A stretch of 24,928 nucleotides of DNA, from the IMG/VR virus record IMGVR_UViG_3300020045_003233, positions 1 to 24,928 of that record; one strand, given 5' to 3'. The stretch's first letter is position 1; every line of letters begins with the position of its first letter. Positions 24,922 to 24,928 of this stretch are shown here, in pieces. This DNA comes from a virus (taxonomy: Duplodnaviria; Caudoviricetes). The position numbers were made by a program, and so were the translations under genes. Under the pieces are notes generated by a model. That model saw nothing but the letters and a program-made list of their open reading frames with translations. It was not told the origin of the DNA and made no database searches.

Positions 24922-24928
24922 GTATATA

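Overview
This window is a contiguous piece of an HK97/lambda-like long-tailed phage (siphovirus) genome, either free phage or prophage; no integrase, att site, lysis genes or host genes are visible. The + strand (1-20843) carries the morphogenesis operon: terminase large subunit (5'-truncated), portal, prohead protease, HK97-fold capsid, head-tail connector and closure proteins, HK97 gp10-like protein, tail terminator, tail tube, tail assembly chaperone with its -1 frameshift extension, tape measure, two minor tail proteins and a 1383-aa multidomain tail tip/fibre. The - strand (20830-24806) carries small early genes (Zn-ribbon proteins, XRE and AraC-type HTH, ERF recombinase, pentapeptide-repeat protein) behind a near-consensus sigma70 promoter. 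The most unusual region is a ~4.2 kb block between the capsid and connector genes. It encodes four glycosyltransferase-like and two SAM-methyltransferase-like proteins, a candidate virion glycosylation system. Its first glycosyltransferase has no canonical start codon ahead of its N-terminal motif and appears to be fused by an A_AAA_AAG -1 frameshift to the small post-capsid protein. Ser-Pro-containing loops in the capsid and tail tube are candidate acceptor sites. Also seen are two structured leader RNAs whose loops are complementary to downstream translation-start regions, and a tail terminator that looks like one terminator domain nested in another. All family assignments come from motif recognition by eye; no database searches were run.
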